In this document: one piece after another, positions 62,636-64,000 of the stretch
Position numbering within the stretch: position 1 is the stretch's first letter
How the letters are laid out: every line of letters starts with the position of its first letter
DNA from: Candidatus Magasanikiibacteriota bacterium
GTDB taxonomy: Bacteria; Patescibacteriota; Patescibacteriia; Magasanikbacterales; GWA2-37-8
Reading direction: 5' to 3'
DNA: 64,000 nt
Assembly (NCBI GenBank): GCA_041665405.1
Contig: JBAYIZ010000001.1
Location: 26,618-90,617, forward strand
The notes under the pieces: generated by a model
Told to the model about the DNA's origin: nothing
What the model saw: the letters and a program-made list of their open reading frames with translations, nothing else
Database searches by the model: none
Translations under genes and position numbers: made by a program

Positions 62636-64000
62636 ATGCCTAAATTTATTGTCCCTATTAAAGGGATGCATTGTAAATCATGTGAAATTTTAGTCGAACA
62701 AAACTTGAACAAAGTTTGTGGAGTAGTCAAAGCAGACGTTGATCATAAAATCGGTCAAGCGGTAGTGTATTTCGAAAATACAAAACCAGCACAGGAGCAA
62801 ATCGCTTCGGCAGTCGAGGAATCCGGATATAAAATTGGCATAAAAGAAAAAAATGGTTGGTTGTCCAAAGATGTTAGTGATTATCAAAATTTATTGTATG
62901 GTGCCGTGATATTGTTTGTGTTCTATTTCATAGCGCGTAGTTTCGGTATATTTAATGTCAATGTTAATACTGAAAATAGCGGTTTAGGCGTAGTATTATT
63001 AGTAGGTTTAGTTGCAGGTATTTCCACCTGTATGGCGATGGTTGGTGGTTTGGTGCTAGGGCTGTCAGCTCGTCATGCAGAACTTCATCCAGAGGCTTCG
63101 GCACAACAAAAATTTCGTCCCCACATTTATTTTAATTTAGGTAGAGTAATTGGTTTTGCGTTATTAGGTGGAATTATTGGCTTGCTTGGTTCGGCCTTCA
63201 AAATTTCTGCTGGATTTTTAGGAGTACTTACTATTATCGTCAGTTTAGTAATGATTTTCTTAGGTTTAAAATTAATTAATATTTTTCCATTTTTACAAGA
63301 TAAAAATATTGTCTTACCAAAAAGTATCGCCAAATTTTTTGGGCTAGGAAAAGAAAATAGAGAATATAGTCATCGTGGTGCGATAATTTCTGGTGCGGCG
63401 ACTTTTTTTCTGCCTTGTGGTTTTACACAGGCGATGCAACTCTACGCCGTAAGTTCTGGTAGTTTCACTCAGGGTGCTCTGATAATGGGATTGTTTGCAC
63501 TCGGTACGGCACCAGGCCTGCTCGGTATTGGTGGTTTGTCTTCAATCTTCAAAGGAAAAAAAGCACGAATATTTTTTGCGGCAGCTGGTATCGCGATAAT
63601 TATATTCGGTTGGTATAATATTAGTAATGCCAGCCGATTGTTTGGAAATGGATCAGTGGATGTCGCCACCACCGCAGTCACTAGTGATGCACAAGTGATA
63701 AATATGGTTCAGGGTTTTGATGGATATAGTCCAAATGTTTTCACAATACAAAAGGGCCGTCAGGTAAAATGGGTGATTAAATCGGAAACATCATTTTCGT
63801 GTGCCAGCTATATCGTAATGCCGAAATTTAATATTAGTCAGCCGTTAAAGAAGGGTGAAAATATTATTACCTTTATGCCGACAGAAACTGGTGAGATTCC
63901 ATTTTCTTGTTCTATGGGTATGTATACTGGAAAATTTATTGTGGTAGATAAAGTAACTTTTTTACCAGCAGTGCAAAAAGTATCAGCAGCACCAATAGCA
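62636..64000 (+). CDS. Heavy-metal-associated (HMA, MxCxxC) domain fused to a DsbD/CcdA-like polytopic membrane domain and a C-terminal soluble domain; 3' end outside window
   Basis: GMHCKSC metal-binding motif; ~8 TM helices with Cys pairs (STCMA, LPCGF); frame open to the window end. Confidence 0.6.
   Translation, partial: MPKFIVPIKGMHCKSCEILVEQNLNKVCGVVKADVDHKIGQAVVYFENTKPAQEQIASAVEESGYKIGIKEKNGWLSKDVSDYQNLLYGAVILFVFYFIARSFGIFNVNVNTENSGLGVVLLVGLVAGISTCMAMVGGLVLGLSARHAELHPEASAQQKFRPHIYFNLGRVIGFALLGGIIGLLGSAFKISAGFLGVLTIIVSLVMIFLGLKLINIFPFLQDKNIVLPKSIAKFFGLGKENREYSHRGAIISGAATFFLPCGFTQAMQLYAVSSGSFTQGALIMGLFALGTAPGLLGIGGLSSIFKGKKARIFFAAAGIAIIIFGWYNISNASRLFGNGSVDVATTAVTSDAQVINMVQGFDGYSPNVFTIQKGRQVKWVIKSETSFSCASYIVMPKFNISQPLKKGENIITFMPTETGEIPFSCSMGMYTGKFIVVDKVTFLPAVQKVSAAPIA

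Noticed and set aside
62690-63681. Minus-strand ORFs 62690-62887, 63127-63333 and 63469-63681
   Set aside because: They are antisense within the long HMA-membrane fusion gene, which has a coherent TM and Cys pattern in the + frame.
1-64000. CRISPR arrays, rRNA genes, transposases or integrases
   Set aside because: No regularly spaced direct repeats, no rRNA-like conserved stretches and no DDE or tyrosine-recombinase signatures were recognised. The only repeats are the 3-copy palindrome and the single long inverted repeat.

Overview
This window reads as a streamlined, AT-rich bacterial genome that uses the standard genetic code. The gene content (tandem iPGM copies, archaeal-type AspRS and UMP kinase, DUF4012, many small membrane proteins) is consistent with a Patescibacteria/CPR-like organism; this is an inference. 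Most of the window is tightly packed housekeeping genes, almost all on the + strand. They include glycolysis (pgk, eno, two tandem gpmI, tpiA), tRNA synthetases (aspS 3' end, valS, tyrS, argS, glyQS), ribosomal proteins (rplJ-rplL, rpmB, rpmG), scpAB, xseAB, mreB, frr, holB, ndk, pyrD, and a cell-envelope glycosyltransferase cluster.

The features that stand out are these:
- A tRNA cluster (Thr-GGU, Thr-UGU, Tyr-GUA, Trp-CCA) in which the tRNA-Tyr gene is interrupted in its anticodon loop by a ~184-nt group I intron. The intron shares the GUAGAGACUAGA core and a GAAA-capped P2 with the Azoarcus/cyanobacterial tRNA introns. A PD-(D/E)XK-type nuclease ORF sits between tRNA-Thr and this split tRNA.
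- Three short, visibly GC-rich islets (about 34440-35260, 45105-45700, 59520-59900) embedded in the AT-rich backbone. Each carries a small ORF with GC-rich hairpins. The first sits where rplK-rplA would normally precede rplJ. The second adjoins an 860-aa coiled-coil protein with atypical codon usage.
- A ~30-nt palindromic repeat (TAGATTCCCGTTTGCACGGGAATGA) present three times. Two copies act as terminators and one lies in frame inside argS.
- A 30-bp near-perfect inverted repeat enclosing a GC-rich core, downstream of a consensus promoter (29528-29808).
- An E1/ThiF-like protein convergent with a long nitroreductase-family protein (RiPP/TOMM-like pairing, but no YcaO recognised).
- Orphan GHKL/histidine-kinase proteins with no response regulator nearby.
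- A CsoR plus HMA-membrane fusion copper module at the 3' end.

I found no rRNA, CRISPR array or classical transposase. Coordinates I derived by hand (tRNAs, rpmB, rpmG, intron, repeats) may be off by a few nt.
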